DNA of 40,347 bases from the NCBI GenBank assembly GCA_016926915.1, contig JAFGNR010000228.1, forward strand, positions 1 to 40,347. The letters are read 5' to 3'. The notes under the pieces were generated by a model. The model was not told the origin of the DNA. It ran no database searches and saw only the letters and a program-made list of their open reading frames with translations. The stretch is from Anaerolineae bacterium. Its GTDB lineage: Bacteria > Chloroflexota > Anaerolineae > B4-G1 > SLSP01. Made by a program: the position numbers and the translations under genes. Shown one piece after another: positions 16,536 through 26,315 of this stretch; positions within the stretch are counted from its first letter, which is position 1; every line of letters starts with the position of its first letter.

Positions 16536-19402
16536 ATCTGGACCGGCAGCGGCTCCGTATGCTGACGCCAGGCTCCAGCCTGACGTCAGCTAGTTGGTCA
16601 GGCACTGTGGTCAGTTATGATATTGACGATTTCGAGCTGACGGTGACTACGGTCAGTGGTTCCTTCCCCACGGATATTGCCAACCTGGTACTGGTACACG
16701 AGGATGGGGATATGGTCCGGGTGCGGTCGCGTTCTGGTTCGGTGCTCTATCTGAGTGAAAATCCGCTCAGTTTTGCCGCCGGTGAAACAGTCACGTTGTA
16801 CAATCTGCGGCTTCCGTGGCCCCGATATCAGCGCATCGTGGACGGCGTCGTCTACAAGGATTTCGAAATCCCATTTCCCGGCACCTGGCAAGCGGAGTTG
16901 CCTCCCACTGCGATTCTACAGGCGCGGGTAGGTAGTAACGACTATGCGGAAGCGGTCTATTGCACGACCGGACAGACGATTACCCTAGATGCGTCCGGTT
17001 CCTATGCCAATTTGGATACCGGTACTCCATTGTCTTATAACTGGACTCCCGGCGCCGGGGGCACGATAACCGGAAGCGGGTCAACTGTAACCTGTGCCTA
17101 CACGACCACGGGGTTCCGATACCTGAAGCTGGTCGTGACCGATGCTCACGGATCCGGCGCGGTGCGGTATCTGCCTATTTGGGTGGTGACGCCAGGGTAC
17201 AGCGTGGCCCAGGAAGGAACTGTGACGCGAGTTACTGCTAGTTGGGACACGCGGCAGGGCTGGACGGTAGATCTAGACGTGCAAGGCGTGCTGTGGCTGC
17301 TCCAGTGGAGCCCAGTGGCGTTGGTAGATGCTGATACTTATGAGGTGCTGTTTTTCGGCTTCTACGGGGCACAGAATCGCATCCAGACGTTCCAGGAGAC
17401 CACCACAAGCGTGAGGATGCAAAGCGCCCTGGCTTTTTCGCGACAGCTGCACGCGTACCCGTTCCTGGTCACCGGTCTCACCGGCGCGGAGACGCCCGAC
17501 AACTGGGCGGAGGTGTACGATCTGACATTGGCCCGGGCGGCGTGGTTCCTACTGTACTGGCACTCGGTGTTGCCCGAAGTGGTGAACTGCGATTTGAGCG
17601 ACGCGCCGGAACGCCAGATCGCCGGTCAAGAGTTCAGTCTGGGCAGCCTGCCGCAACAATTGGAGGCCGTGTTGCAATCGGCGTTCTGGCAAGCGCGGGG
17701 ATGGCGCGCCGGTGGTTTTGTAGTCACCACCGATCCGTTGTTTCTGGATAGCGGGGATTGGGCGGCATTGAGCGGTGTGGACTTGAGCGATGCAGCCGAC
17801 CTGCGGGAGCAAATCGGCTGCGAGTTCGCGCAGCCAACTGTGAACCAGGTGCGGTGCGGCGGTGTGTACCGCACCGTGGGGGGTACGTTTGAACCGGCCT
17901 TGGTGCAGGCGCCGCGGGCGCCTGCCGCGTGGGGTAGCCCCGCCGAGGTGAACGGCCTGGCTCCCGCAACGGAGTTCGAGTTACAGGCCTGGGCAGGCAG
18001 GTATGTCGGTGTGGAGAATACTGCTGACAAATACACTGCCGAGCCGGGCATTGAGGTCAATCCGGCGGCGTTTTGGGTGGCAGATCTTCCGGGTGGCGTT
18101 CGGTGCGCAGTTGAGCGTGTTACATTGGAGTTCGCCACCGGCACGCTGGCCTGGCGGCAGCGCATCGAGGGGCGCACCTATGGCCGCACGGCCGGTGCGG
18201 TGACCGTGCCGCAACCCCCAGACATAGTCTATCCTGATCCAGAACTGCCACCGGTGGACCCACCAGACTGGCCAGTGTTGCCAGAACCGGAACCGGTCTC
18301 TTGGCCGGTTCATCTATGGGTAGCTACAGAGGAGGGGGGCGTCTACGAGACCCAGGACTTTACGCCGCCAGAGGAAACAGCGCAACCCACCTGGACGGCA
18401 ATCAACACTGGGTTGGATGCACTACGCTGTGTGTCGTTGCGCACCAGCGTAACCGGAACCGCAAGTGGCTACGGTTACTTGCTGGTGCAAGGCATCGGTG
18501 GAGATGACGCCGTAAGGCGCGTCTACAAGCGCGGCTTCTGGGGCGACTCGTGGTCCTCGATTCTCACGCATACCGAGGCCGAGACGCTTACCGGATCGAC
18601 GTTGATCGAGCTCTATGATCTCGACGTCGATCCGACGACAGGTTATGTGTACGTGCTCACCGGTTCTGCCACGGGTAACATCACCTGGTATGTGCTACAG
18701 TATGACGGTTCATCGTGGTCTGTCTACGGCAGCGGCGTGGTCTCAGATCGCGTGCCTTACCGTTTCTTTGTGAGAGGCACGACGATTATGGCTGCTAGTG
18801 GCGGCAAGATCGGCTCTGGAGCCTGGGGCGGGCGCGTGGCACTTTCTAAGAACTGCGGTGTTACATGGAAGCTCCACTCTGTGAACATCTACTATACCAT
18901 CGCGGAGATTGCCCGTGTGAGTAACGCGCAACCGGATGTTGCGTACTATGATCGTTTTGACGACATCCGTAAAGTCTATGATGGCGGAGGCAGCGGCCTG
19001 GCAGCTGTGACTGTTGCTCCAGACGATGATCTGGGCGACAATTACGGCTGTCATTGGATCTCGAATACCTATCCCCACTGGCAGCGCGTGATTCGGGATG
19101 ACGAGTTGTTGGAAACACTCGACGACTGGTCGAGTGTGGACGTTGTAGAGACGTTCACGAGGGAGTATCAGCAATTAATCGTGTTACACGAGGCTGAACC
19201 AGCCCGCGAGGACTGGATGATATTGGGCAACGATGCCCCGAGCGCCGGAAGTCCCCACACCGTTTTTGCCTTGGATCAAACTAATGATCCGGGTACGGTG
19301 ATCGGCAAGTCGGGCACTGCGCCAGGTACTAGCCCTTATGCCAATTCGATCCCGTACACGGCTGGGGGGATCATTTTCGAGGGTATCAGGATTATCGTAT
19401 GA
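16532..19402 (+). CDS. Tail tip/hub protein with PKD domain, Pro-rich linker and beta-propeller-like C-terminus
   Basis: ITLDASGS...LSYNW...Y...G...LKLVVTD.HG (PKD); PPDIVYPDPELPP linker; Asp-box-like SKNCGVTW. Confidence 0.7.
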   Translation: MNLDRQRLRMLTPGSSLTSASWSGTVVSYDIDDFELTVTTVSGSFPTDIANLVLVHEDGDMVRVRSRSGSVLYLSENPLSFAAGETVTLYNLRLPWPRYQRIVDGVVYKDFEIPFPGTWQAELPPTAILQARVGSNDYAEAVYCTTGQTITLDASGSYANLDTGTPLSYNWTPGAGGTITGSGSTVTCAYTTTGFRYLKLVVTDAHGSGAVRYLPIWVVTPGYSVAQEGTVTRVTASWDTRQGWTVDLDVQGVLWLLQWSPVALVDADTYEVLFFGFYGAQNRIQTFQETTTSVRMQSALAFSRQLHAYPFLVTGLTGAETPDNWAEVYDLTLARAAWFLLYWHSVLPEVVNCDLSDAPERQIAGQEFSLGSLPQQLEAVLQSAFWQARGWRAGGFVVTTDPLFLDSGDWAALSGVDLSDAADLREQIGCEFAQPTVNQVRCGGVYRTVGGTFEPALVQAPRAPAAWGSPAEVNGLAPATEFELQAWAGRYVGVENTADKYTAEPGIEVNPAAFWVADLPGGVRCAVERVTLEFATGTLAWRQRIEGRTYGRTAGAVTVPQPPDIVYPDPELPPVDPPDWPVLPEPEPVSWPVHLWVATEEGGVYETQDFTPPEETAQPTWTAINTGLDALRCVSLRTSVTGTASGYGYLLVQGIGGDDAVRRVYKRGFWGDSWSSILTHTEAETLTGSTLIELYDLDVDPTTGYVYVLTGSATGNITWYVLQYDGSSWSVYGSGVVSDRVPYRFFVRGTTIMAASGGKIGSGAWGGRVALSKNCGVTWKLHSVNIYYTIAEIARVSNAQPDVAYYDRFDDIRKVYDGGGSGLAAVTVAPDDDLGDNYGCHWISNTYPHWQRVIRDDELLETLDDWSSVDVVETFTREYQQLIVLHEAEPAREDWMILGNDAPSAGSPHTVFALDQTNDPGTVIGKSGTAPGTSPYANSIPYTAGGIIFEGIRIIV

Positions 19403-21099
19403 GAGACCTGGAACGCGCGTTTCGCAGTATCCGCAAGAAGGGCAGCTTCCTGAGGGGGCTGCTCGGTGACTTCGAGGGAAACATCGAGGTTAACGGACGG
19501 CCAGGCTATTACTATGTCCGGGTGGAGAAGCCCGGCGGATACGAAGTCGGTATCTTCCCCGGGCGTGTGCGGCCGCTGTACAACTTGCCGGTGCGGATCG
19601 AAACGCACCCCATCACCCGTGTGCAGTACATCGCCGGTCTGGATGACGAAACCGTAGCCTACGGCGGCGGCGATCCGGGCGCCATTACCACCGTTGAGCG
19701 GCATCAGCAGTCCCATGGTTGGGGCGGCGACGACCAGTTGATGTGGTTACACACGTTGCAGATTTTCCCGGTGCGGTGCCAGCCGCACGAGACTGATCCG
19801 GATAGCGTAGTCATACAGGGAGGGGTGTATCTCTCGGAGGCACAGCTATCGTGGATGCGTGAACCGGCAACCGTCGATCTGTCCGTGTATCGTATCACCG
19901 GCGTGCGGTTCGTGCTCCTGGAACTGGAATCTGACAACAACGTCGTGGTCACTCCCGCCACGGCGGAGATCGTGGAGGAGATCAGTTTACCCACCGGTGG
20001 GCGCTTTTTGGTGGCGGCGGTATGCCTCCGTAACAATGACGCTATCGCCATGCACGACATTGTAGACCTCAGGTTTCTTAATTCAGGCGTCGTGAATGGC
20101 GGCATTGAAATCGGCGAGGATATGATCATCGTCGGCGATCTCGATAGCGGACGCTGGGTCAAGGTGGGGTATCTGGGAGACGCACTTCTAGGAATGGACG
20201 GGCGGTTCACCGGGACCTTGAATGCCGACGACACAGATTTCGCTGGTGTGATGGTACAGAGAACCGCCAGCGACGAGTCGCGAGCTATGATTCTCTGGGG
20301 AGACAATGACGAATCCGAGACTGGCCTCACCGACTATCTGTGGTTTGTTTTTTTCTGGCATGGGGATGATGATGTGTCTCCCCAGGAAGATCCCGAGGCG
20401 CGGTATTTGGCCAGGGTAAGTCCGAATGGCACCTGGACGTTCTACGGGCAAAACTCAGGTGGTGTGCCCCACCTGATTAAGAATGAAGGCGGCGACGCCG
20501 GAGCCATGGCTGAGAACGATGCGCTTGAGCACGGTGCCTGGTGGCTAGACACCGATGGCGATCTGCATTTCTACAACTACGAGACGGGCAAGGATGTCAT
20601 CTTGGGCAGCGTGGATGGTGTCATTACCATCCGTGACGGCGATCTGGTTATGGAAGCCGGGGCCGAGGTGGATGGCGTGGATGTCAGCGCGCACGCGGCG
20701 GATGACAGCGCGCATCATGAACGCTACACTGATGCTGAGGCGCAGGCGGTAGCAGATGCGCAGATCGCCGCGCACACGACGTTAGCCAATCCGCATGGCA
20801 CCGAGATGGACGATCTGGACGACGTGGACGCCGGCGCGCCCAGCGATGGAGATGTCCTGACCTGGGACGATGCTGCCGGGTGCTGGGCTCCGGAAGCGCC
20901 CGGCAGCGGGGGTAGCATCACAGTACAAGAGGCGGATGGTTCGCCGGCAGTCTCGTCGGTGACGACGATCAAGGTAGGCAATGGTGATCTCGCCGACGAA
21001 GGCAGCGGCGTGGTACGCATTAAGACAGCGTCAGATGCTGGCGGCAGCGGAAGCGAGAACGTCGGCAGCACGCTGTATCTGTTTCACAACTATTTCTAG
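19399..21099 (+). CDS. Tail fibre/baseplate protein
   Basis: Fibre-type motifs VDGVDVSAH, AH....NPH and DLDDVD...PSDGDVLTWD....W.P. Confidence 0.7.
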   Translation: MRDLERAFRSIRKKGSFLRGLLGDFEGNIEVNGRPGYYYVRVEKPGGYEVGIFPGRVRPLYNLPVRIETHPITRVQYIAGLDDETVAYGGGDPGAITTVERHQQSHGWGGDDQLMWLHTLQIFPVRCQPHETDPDSVVIQGGVYLSEAQLSWMREPATVDLSVYRITGVRFVLLELESDNNVVVTPATAEIVEEISLPTGGRFLVAAVCLRNNDAIAMHDIVDLRFLNSGVVNGGIEIGEDMIIVGDLDSGRWVKVGYLGDALLGMDGRFTGTLNADDTDFAGVMVQRTASDESRAMILWGDNDESETGLTDYLWFVFFWHGDDDVSPQEDPEARYLARVSPNGTWTFYGQNSGGVPHLIKNEGGDAGAMAENDALEHGAWWLDTDGDLHFYNYETGKDVILGSVDGVITIRDGDLVMEAGAEVDGVDVSAHAADDSAHHERYTDAEAQAVADAQIAAHTTLANPHGTEMDDLDDVDAGAPSDGDVLTWDDAAGCWAPEAPGSGGSITVQEADGSPAVSSVTTIKVGNGDLADEGSGVVRIKTASDAGGSGSENVGSTLYLFHNYF

Positions 21100-21107
21100 G
21101 AGGTACT

Positions 21108-21503
21108 ATGGGAACCAGTCCGCAATTCGTCACGACGCCCAATGTGGGCGCGCAGACCATCGAGAATAGCGACGGCACGACGGTGCTGGATGTGTTGACT
21201 GCCGGTTCCAGTGGGACGCGGATTGGACAGTTGTTCGCGGTGCATAACGATTCTACAGCGGCAGTGCTGGTGCTGTTGTGGCTGCACGACGGCTCTGAGA
21301 GCCATCTAGTGGGCCAGATCTCGATGCCGGCGGCGACGTCTTCGGATGTGCATGTGACCGGCGACTTCCTACAGTCATCTACATGGGCCGGTGTGGACGG
21401 CGGGCTGATCATCCCCAGTGGTTGGAAGTTACAGGCCGGTTTGAATACTACGCTCACGAGTGGCAAGAAATGCTCTGTGATTGCTGCCGGAGGTGACTTC
21501 TAG
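21108..21503 (+). CDS. Small tail-associated protein
   Basis: AGGAGGT RBS; LTAGSSGTRI...LIIPSGWKL...GGDF pattern seen in phage tail modules. Confidence 0.6.
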   Translation: MGTSPQFVTTPNVGAQTIENSDGTTVLDVLTAGSSGTRIGQLFAVHNDSTAAVLVLLWLHDGSESHLVGQISMPAATSSDVHVTGDFLQSSTWAGVDGGLIIPSGWKLQAGLNTTLTSGKKCSVIAAGGDF

Positions 21504-22012
21504 TGTCGTTTGGTTTGTTTGGGTTTCCACGACGCGACTTTGAGATCGTGCGTTTGCCGACGCCCCCCACGGAGGGGACGGCGTTGACTGACGGGTCTTC
21601 GTCGGGGACTGCGTATAGTCTCTGGAAGACGGAGATCGAGCTGTTGCAGACCGGGGTGCTGGCCGGGGTGCATGTGGCGTTCTTTCGCGCCAATACCTTC
21701 ACGCTATACCTGCTGGATGCGTCTGACGTGGAGATGGCTCGTTCGGGGCCGCTCACCACGACCTCGACCAGCGTTCATAGCCGGTATTTTCAGTTTGTGG
21801 GGCGGCCTATGCTTCTAACTGGCGAGCGGTACCGGCTGGAGATGCAGATAGCGACGACCACAGAGCGGATGCGTTACACGACCACCAAGTTTGTGGGGGA
21901 CGTGTACAAAGAGACGCAATCGTGGTTAGGTGGCGGTTCGAATAATGCGCATATGGTGCTGCAGTTGGCGTTCGCGCGTGACAATCGCCGCGTGTGGTAT
22001 CAATACTACTAA
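21503..22012 (+). CDS. Hypothetical tail-associated protein
   Basis: Overlaps the upstream stop; beta-rich. Confidence 0.55.
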   Translation: MSFGLFGFPRRDFEIVRLPTPPTEGTALTDGSSSGTAYSLWKTEIELLQTGVLAGVHVAFFRANTFTLYLLDASDVEMARSGPLTTTSTSVHSRYFQFVGRPMLLTGERYRLEMQIATTTERMRYTTTKFVGDVYKETQSWLGGGSNNAHMVLQLAFARDNRRVWYQYY

Positions 22013-22031
22013 TACTAATCGGAGGATGACG

Positions 22032-23810
22032 ATGTTACAAAATGGGAGCTTTGAAGCGGGCTGGGTTGATATGCCGGCTGGGAATACCTTGAACCAGGCC
22101 CCTAAATATTGGAGATTGAGTTGGGTGAACCCCGGAGAATCCTTGTATGATGCACCTAACGATCTGGCCCAGGCTTACCCCGAGTGCGTGCACAAGCCGG
22201 CGCACCTGCTACCGCCAGAGGAGCGGCCAAACGGGGCGACACCGTTGATTCTGGACGGCACGCATACGTACAAGATTTTCTCTAGTGTGGCGTATGGCGC
22301 GCAGTTGTCGCAGGAGGTCGGGAATCTGGCGCCGGGGGATGACTACCGGCTAAAGGTGCCGGTCAACTGCCACCGGCAGCGGCCGGGTGACGATCCCTAC
22401 GCCGCGGAGATTGGTGTTTGGATTAACGGCCAGGGACGGTGGCTCAATCTGGACGAGTTGCCTGATCGTCAGTGGGTTTATCCTGTCGTGGTTGGCAAGA
22501 TCGATGAGGCGGGTCAGGTCGAGGTGGTCATAAGGGCGAAGAGCAAGTCGGGCGGGTTCGACTTCTTCATCGATTTCCTGCAGGACGAGTTATTGCCGGC
22601 GCCCGATCCGGTGGACTATGTGGTGACGGTCCATCTGCTGCCCCAAGACGCGACGGGGGAGGAGATGCTCCAGGTGGCGCAGGAGGCATTCGCCAAGCGC
22701 AACACGTTGCTGTATAGCGCGGACGACGCGGCGCGGCTGGTGGCCCCGGGTCTGCCGGGATCGGCGGTGCACGTCTGGTGGCCGGAGCGTTGGACCAGCG
22801 GCGACATTGTGGCGTGGTTGCAAGGGAAGGGCGTTGACAAGGTGGTCTGGCGACCGGAGGCTCCTCCAGAGCCGCCACCGACTCTATCAGCGAAGGAGTT
22901 TGTCGGTTTGCACGTGCAGCGTGCGTGCGGCTCCGGCGGCGATCTGGAGCGAGCCTTGCTGGACTATCATCGAGAGCGGCCACCGCAGGCGGTGAAGGTG
23001 CTGAACGACACGGGCTATGCGGAGCTACTAGCGGCTGAGGGCTTCGAAGGCAACACGGTCTACCGGCACGTGTTGTCTGTCGCGTGGCAGCAGAATCTCT
23101 TGAGCATGCCCAAGCGGCAGGCGGTGGAGTGGTTCTATGCACAGCAAGCTGCCAATCTAGAGCGCTTCCCGTTTGATTTCGTCGGAGGGCTGAACGAGAT
23201 CAGCGGCGCCGGTGAACTGGAAGCGTTTGTGGCGTTTGAAGTAGAGTGGATTCGTTACCTGGCAGACCGGGGGATAAAGGCCACGGTCGGGGCCTGGTCG
23301 GTGGGAAATCCAGATCTGGCGCTAATTCCTCACGTGGCGGTGCTGGCGGCGGCGGCTGAGGCATACGGCGCTGTGATGGACTATCACTGGTATGTGCCCC
23401 AATCGCCGTGGTGCCCGTTTGACCAGGTAGCGCCAGGGACTACTAAAACGTGGTATGAGATCTTCTGGCCCGACTACCACGGGCGCTGGGCCCGTATGGA
23501 TGAGATTCTGGTGCAGGAGTATGGTATTCGTGTTGATTGGTGCTTTGGCGAGTATGGCGCCGTCGCCATTGACCAGATGTCGCGGCATATGGACCCTGGG
23601 GCGGGCTGGCGGCATCAGGACTGTCTGAATGCGGATGTGGAGCGGCTGATCGCGCTGATGCAGCGGGATGTAGCGCAGTTGCAGACGACGCGAGCGTTCC
23701 AGGAGGGGCGTGTAAAGTGGGCAAACTTCTTCACGATCAATGTGGACGACGACTGGCCATTCTTCCAGTTACATCCGGTGGATTTACAGCGACTTAGGCA
23801 AACGCTATAG
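22032..23810 (+). CDS. Multidomain glycoside-hydrolase-like protein, putative lysin
   Basis: GGAGG RBS; LQNGSFE carbohydrate-binding-like N-terminus; central LLPQDA...SADDA...W domain; TIM-barrel-like C-terminus with GLNE and FGEYG; last gene of the late operon. Confidence 0.55.
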   Translation: MLQNGSFEAGWVDMPAGNTLNQAPKYWRLSWVNPGESLYDAPNDLAQAYPECVHKPAHLLPPEERPNGATPLILDGTHTYKIFSSVAYGAQLSQEVGNLAPGDDYRLKVPVNCHRQRPGDDPYAAEIGVWINGQGRWLNLDELPDRQWVYPVVVGKIDEAGQVEVVIRAKSKSGGFDFFIDFLQDELLPAPDPVDYVVTVHLLPQDATGEEMLQVAQEAFAKRNTLLYSADDAARLVAPGLPGSAVHVWWPERWTSGDIVAWLQGKGVDKVVWRPEAPPEPPPTLSAKEFVGLHVQRACGSGGDLERALLDYHRERPPQAVKVLNDTGYAELLAAEGFEGNTVYRHVLSVAWQQNLLSMPKRQAVEWFYAQQAANLERFPFDFVGGLNEISGAGELEAFVAFEVEWIRYLADRGIKATVGAWSVGNPDLALIPHVAVLAAAAEAYGAVMDYHWYVPQSPWCPFDQVAPGTTKTWYEIFWPDYHGRWARMDEILVQEYGIRVDWCFGEYGAVAIDQMSRHMDPGAGWRHQDCLNADVERLIALMQRDVAQLQTTRAFQEGRVKWANFFTINVDDDWPFFQLHPVDLQRLRQTL

Positions 23811-23825
23811 CTAGGTTTGAATGTG

Positions 23826-23861
23826 AGCAGCCCCTTCTCATCTCACGAAGGGGCTGTTTTT
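23826..23861 (+). terminator. Intrinsic terminator of the late operon
   Basis: AGCAGCCCCTTC / GAAGGGGCTGTT stem followed by a T run. Confidence 0.8.
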
Positions 23862-23876
23862 ATTTCCCGGGGAATA
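23861..23876. promoter_or_regulatory. NBS-like palindrome copy 2 (TATTTCCCGGGGAATA, one mismatch)
   Basis: 15/16 match to TATTTCCCGGGAAATA, between the convergent operons. Confidence 0.6.
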
Positions 23877-23890
23877 TGTCGAGAGTGTCT

Positions 23891-24232
23891 TTAAGTCTGC
23901 TTCATCTCAGGATGTTTTAGATCATATACGGTGATCTTTCCGGCTCGCTTTGCCTTTTGGTATATACGACACTCGTCGGCGAGTGGACAGCGGACATCAC
24001 CTGCGTAGACAGCCTGGCACTTGGCACTTGTATACTCCGAAACAAGGTCTAGCGAAGCGTTTTCTCCGAACTTTTCCTGCGCCTCGTCTATATAGTGCCC
24101 GAGCAGCGACAGGCAAAATAGCTCACGCCTCGATCGTCTAGGTCGTGACGCCCCCGCTGTTCTGATCTCGAGATCGCGATCGTTATTATTAGGCTTCTTT
24201 TCTTCATTCTTTTCAAAAAGTGACAATTGCAT
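23891..24232 (-). CDS. Hypothetical protein with a Cys cluster
   Basis: AAGGAG RBS before MQLSLF; C...C.L...C.IY. Confidence 0.65.
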   Translation of the reverse strand: MQLSLFEKNEEKKPNNNDRDLEIRTAGASRPRRSRRELFCLSLLGHYIDEAQEKFGENASLDLVSEYTSAKCQAVYAGDVRCPLADECRIYQKAKRAGKITVYDLKHPEMKQT

Positions 24233-24245
24233 GTAGGTGAACTCC

Positions 24246-25013
24246 TTAGGCGTGATCCACAATCGGCAGGCTGCGGGCTGATCCGGAATCTAGATCAAGG
24301 TAGGTGGCATAGATATCAAGGTCTTGGGTGACCACCAGACGATACAGATACTGAGCTGCCCAAGCAGCCATAGCCTGGTTGATCATTAGACTTTGGGCAT
24401 CTTGCTGCACCAGATCGGCGCAAGATAAGCCGTTCTCATCTGGGTCTATTATGTCCAGAAGCTCCGGGTGGAGTACGGAGGGCATTGGCAAGTGCGAGCA
24501 AAAACCCAATGGCGAGATAACGGGACACGACGTATTACTATTCCCCAGCAGTACTTGCCCGGACTGCAAGTTATTACCGCAGTCCAACCACCACGCACCC
24601 AGATTGCCGGCAGCGCTGAGAATTGATTGGCGGGCGGGTGCATTGTCCACAGCTCCCACGATGATGGTAGCATTGTCAGGACTCGTATACATGTGCAACT
24701 GCGCACACGGTTGTGCCAGATACTTGATAGACAAGCCGAATGCCAGTGAGTAACGCACCGCAAGTGTGGTGGCTTTGGGCTGACCCACCTCCGCTGGTGC
24801 GAAGTTTTGCCGTCCAATGTTTTTTTCCTCAACCGTGTCTGGGTCTACGAAGGTGAGCTGTATTTTGCGGATAGCGCGCGCGTGGTAGACCAAGCGCGCC
24901 AAATGCAGAGCCAAAAACGAGCCTGTTCCGCCACAACCAACGAGTACAATGCGGTAGATCCCGGGATCCCCCAAGAGTACTGGGTAACGTTTCCCTATTT
25001 GTATCTCCATCAT
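24246..25013 (-). CDS. ThiF/E1-like adenylating enzyme (PRTRC-type)
   Basis: GCGGTGS, DPDTVEEKNIGRQNF, GAVDN, WLDCGN and SCAD (putative catalytic Cys). Confidence 0.93.
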   Translation of the reverse strand: MMEIQIGKRYPVLLGDPGIYRIVLVGCGGTGSFLALHLARLVYHARAIRKIQLTFVDPDTVEEKNIGRQNFAPAEVGQPKATTLAVRYSLAFGLSIKYLAQPCAQLHMYTSPDNATIIVGAVDNAPARQSILSAAGNLGAWWLDCGNNLQSGQVLLGNSNTSCPVISPLGFCSHLPMPSVLHPELLDIIDPDENGLSCADLVQQDAQSLMINQAMAAWAAQYLYRLVVTQDLDIYATYLDLDSGSARSLPIVDHA

Positions 25014-25597
25014 CGCCTCCGATTCAAAAACGGCCCAGTGTCGGTGAATAACACTGCCGCAGGGATGCGCCAGAAGTCACCATAAACTCCCACACGTATT
25101 GCGATCTCCGGGATCGAGTTCAGGCACCCGACAACGCCATAGAACCGACACCCTTGCTCATCACGAGTGTCGGTTTGTGAAAAGAAGGCCCGCATTGTAC
25201 CGTGGCTGTGCACCTCGGCGATGACGCTCGCCGGTTCCAGATCGCTGGTGTAGCAACTGGTCGACGGTCCGTTTACCTGGGAGGGTCGGTAAACGTGCAT
25301 CTTGTCACCGTATGGTGCAATCTGGTAAACAGCTTCATGATTGGGGTTCGCCATAGCATCACTGTAAAGCGTGCTGAGTAGCCAGCCAGGGAGGCGCCCA
25401 TAGTGCAACTCCACCCTAGGAGCCAGATTTGCTAACCCGGCAATGCGTGTCCAGGCAACCGGCACCAAAGCCTTCATGTAACGCGTCTCCGCGTACTTGA
25501 AGATCCCGTTGCCAGCCATGATGTAAGCATACTTTCCTGGCGGTAGCGAGATATCACCGCCGTTATAACACATATATTCAACCGGCGAAGGAATCAT
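25010..25597 (-). CDS. JAB/Mov34 metalloprotease (PRTRC protein A-like)
   Basis: YIMAGNGIF N-terminus; E...HSHGTMRAFFSQTDTRDE; IRVGVYG. Confidence 0.92.
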   Translation of the reverse strand: MIPSPVEYMCYNGGDISLPPGKYAYIMAGNGIFKYAETRYMKALVPVAWTRIAGLANLAPRVELHYGRLPGWLLSTLYSDAMANPNHEAVYQIAPYGDKMHVYRPSQVNGPSTSCYTSDLEPASVIAEVHSHGTMRAFFSQTDTRDEQGCRFYGVVGCLNSIPEIAIRVGVYGDFWRIPAAVLFTDTGPFLNRRR

Positions 25598-25598
25598 C

Positions 25599-26315
25599 TC
25601 ATCTAATCCTCTCTATGAAATCTTCAATACACGGACGCATGGGCACCAGCGTGTCTGCTGGATATGCTGCCGAGTCCAGGGAAATCTCTGACCAGTAGTC
25701 AATAATTTCCCTGGACTCGCCCCGCACCTTGCCCTCGCTTAGATCACGATTGAAGTCCGAGTCGAAAAACATCTCTACGGCTTCCATGATGGTTTCCGGC
25801 GCGCACACCGGAAACGCCAGTGTGCCGCTGCATATCTTGCCGTTATTGCCAACGTTGGGCACCGGTGCCCGATACAACACCTCTTTGGCTTGGGGGTACT
25901 TCTCTACGGCGACGACGTAGTACTCAACTCCCGCACCCGCGAAAATCAGTGGTGGCAGAGGTACCGAGACCTTAAGCCGCCGGTTAGGCATTAACACTGA
26001 CAGCTCGCGGCGCTGTGGTGGTAGATAAACGGCCATGACTACGCCACCCTCGTTGTGGCCATAGTATATTGTTCCCGGCGGCAGCAGCCCCGATCTCCAT
26101 GGGACATTGGCTAGAGCGGCAGCCAGCGCACTCGGATGCACCTCGTAGGTGTGTGTGGGGACGCCCATCGTACTATAACGTGTGAGGATCACAGATTCAG
26201 TGAAGATATCTAGTGTTATGGCCCTATATTGTCGGATTGGGGACTCAAGCCCTTCAGTACCGGCAATCTGCGGTAACATCACACCTTGATGAGCAAGGCA
26301 AAGCGCGTTTTTCAT
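25599..26315 (-). CDS. Prokaryotic E2 family D protein (PRTRC protein B-like)
   Basis: GLLPPG, VPLPPLIF, LYRAPVPNVGNNGKICSG (Cys retained), FFDSDFN. Confidence 0.88.
   Translation of the reverse strand: MKNALCLAHQGVMLPQIAGTEGLESPIRQYRAITLDIFTESVILTRYSTMGVPTHTYEVHPSALAAALANVPWRSGLLPPGTIYYGHNEGGVVMAVYLPPQRRELSVLMPNRRLKVSVPLPPLIFAGAGVEYYVVAVEKYPQAKEVLYRAPVPNVGNNGKICSGTLAFPVCAPETIMEAVEMFFDSDFNRDLSEGKVRGESREIIDYWSEISLDSAAYPADTLVPMRPCIEDFIERIR

Noticed and set aside
15598-16605. 335-aa - strand ORF across the tape-measure end
   Set aside because: Antisense to three coupled structural genes, with no recognisable motifs
16532-23810. Diversity-generating retroelement or invertible tail-fibre cassette
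   Set aside because: No reverse transcriptase or invertase, and I saw no template/variable repeat pair
24957-24968. GATCCCGGGATC as a fourth NBS-like site
   Set aside because: Inside coding sequence and matches only the 8-bp core
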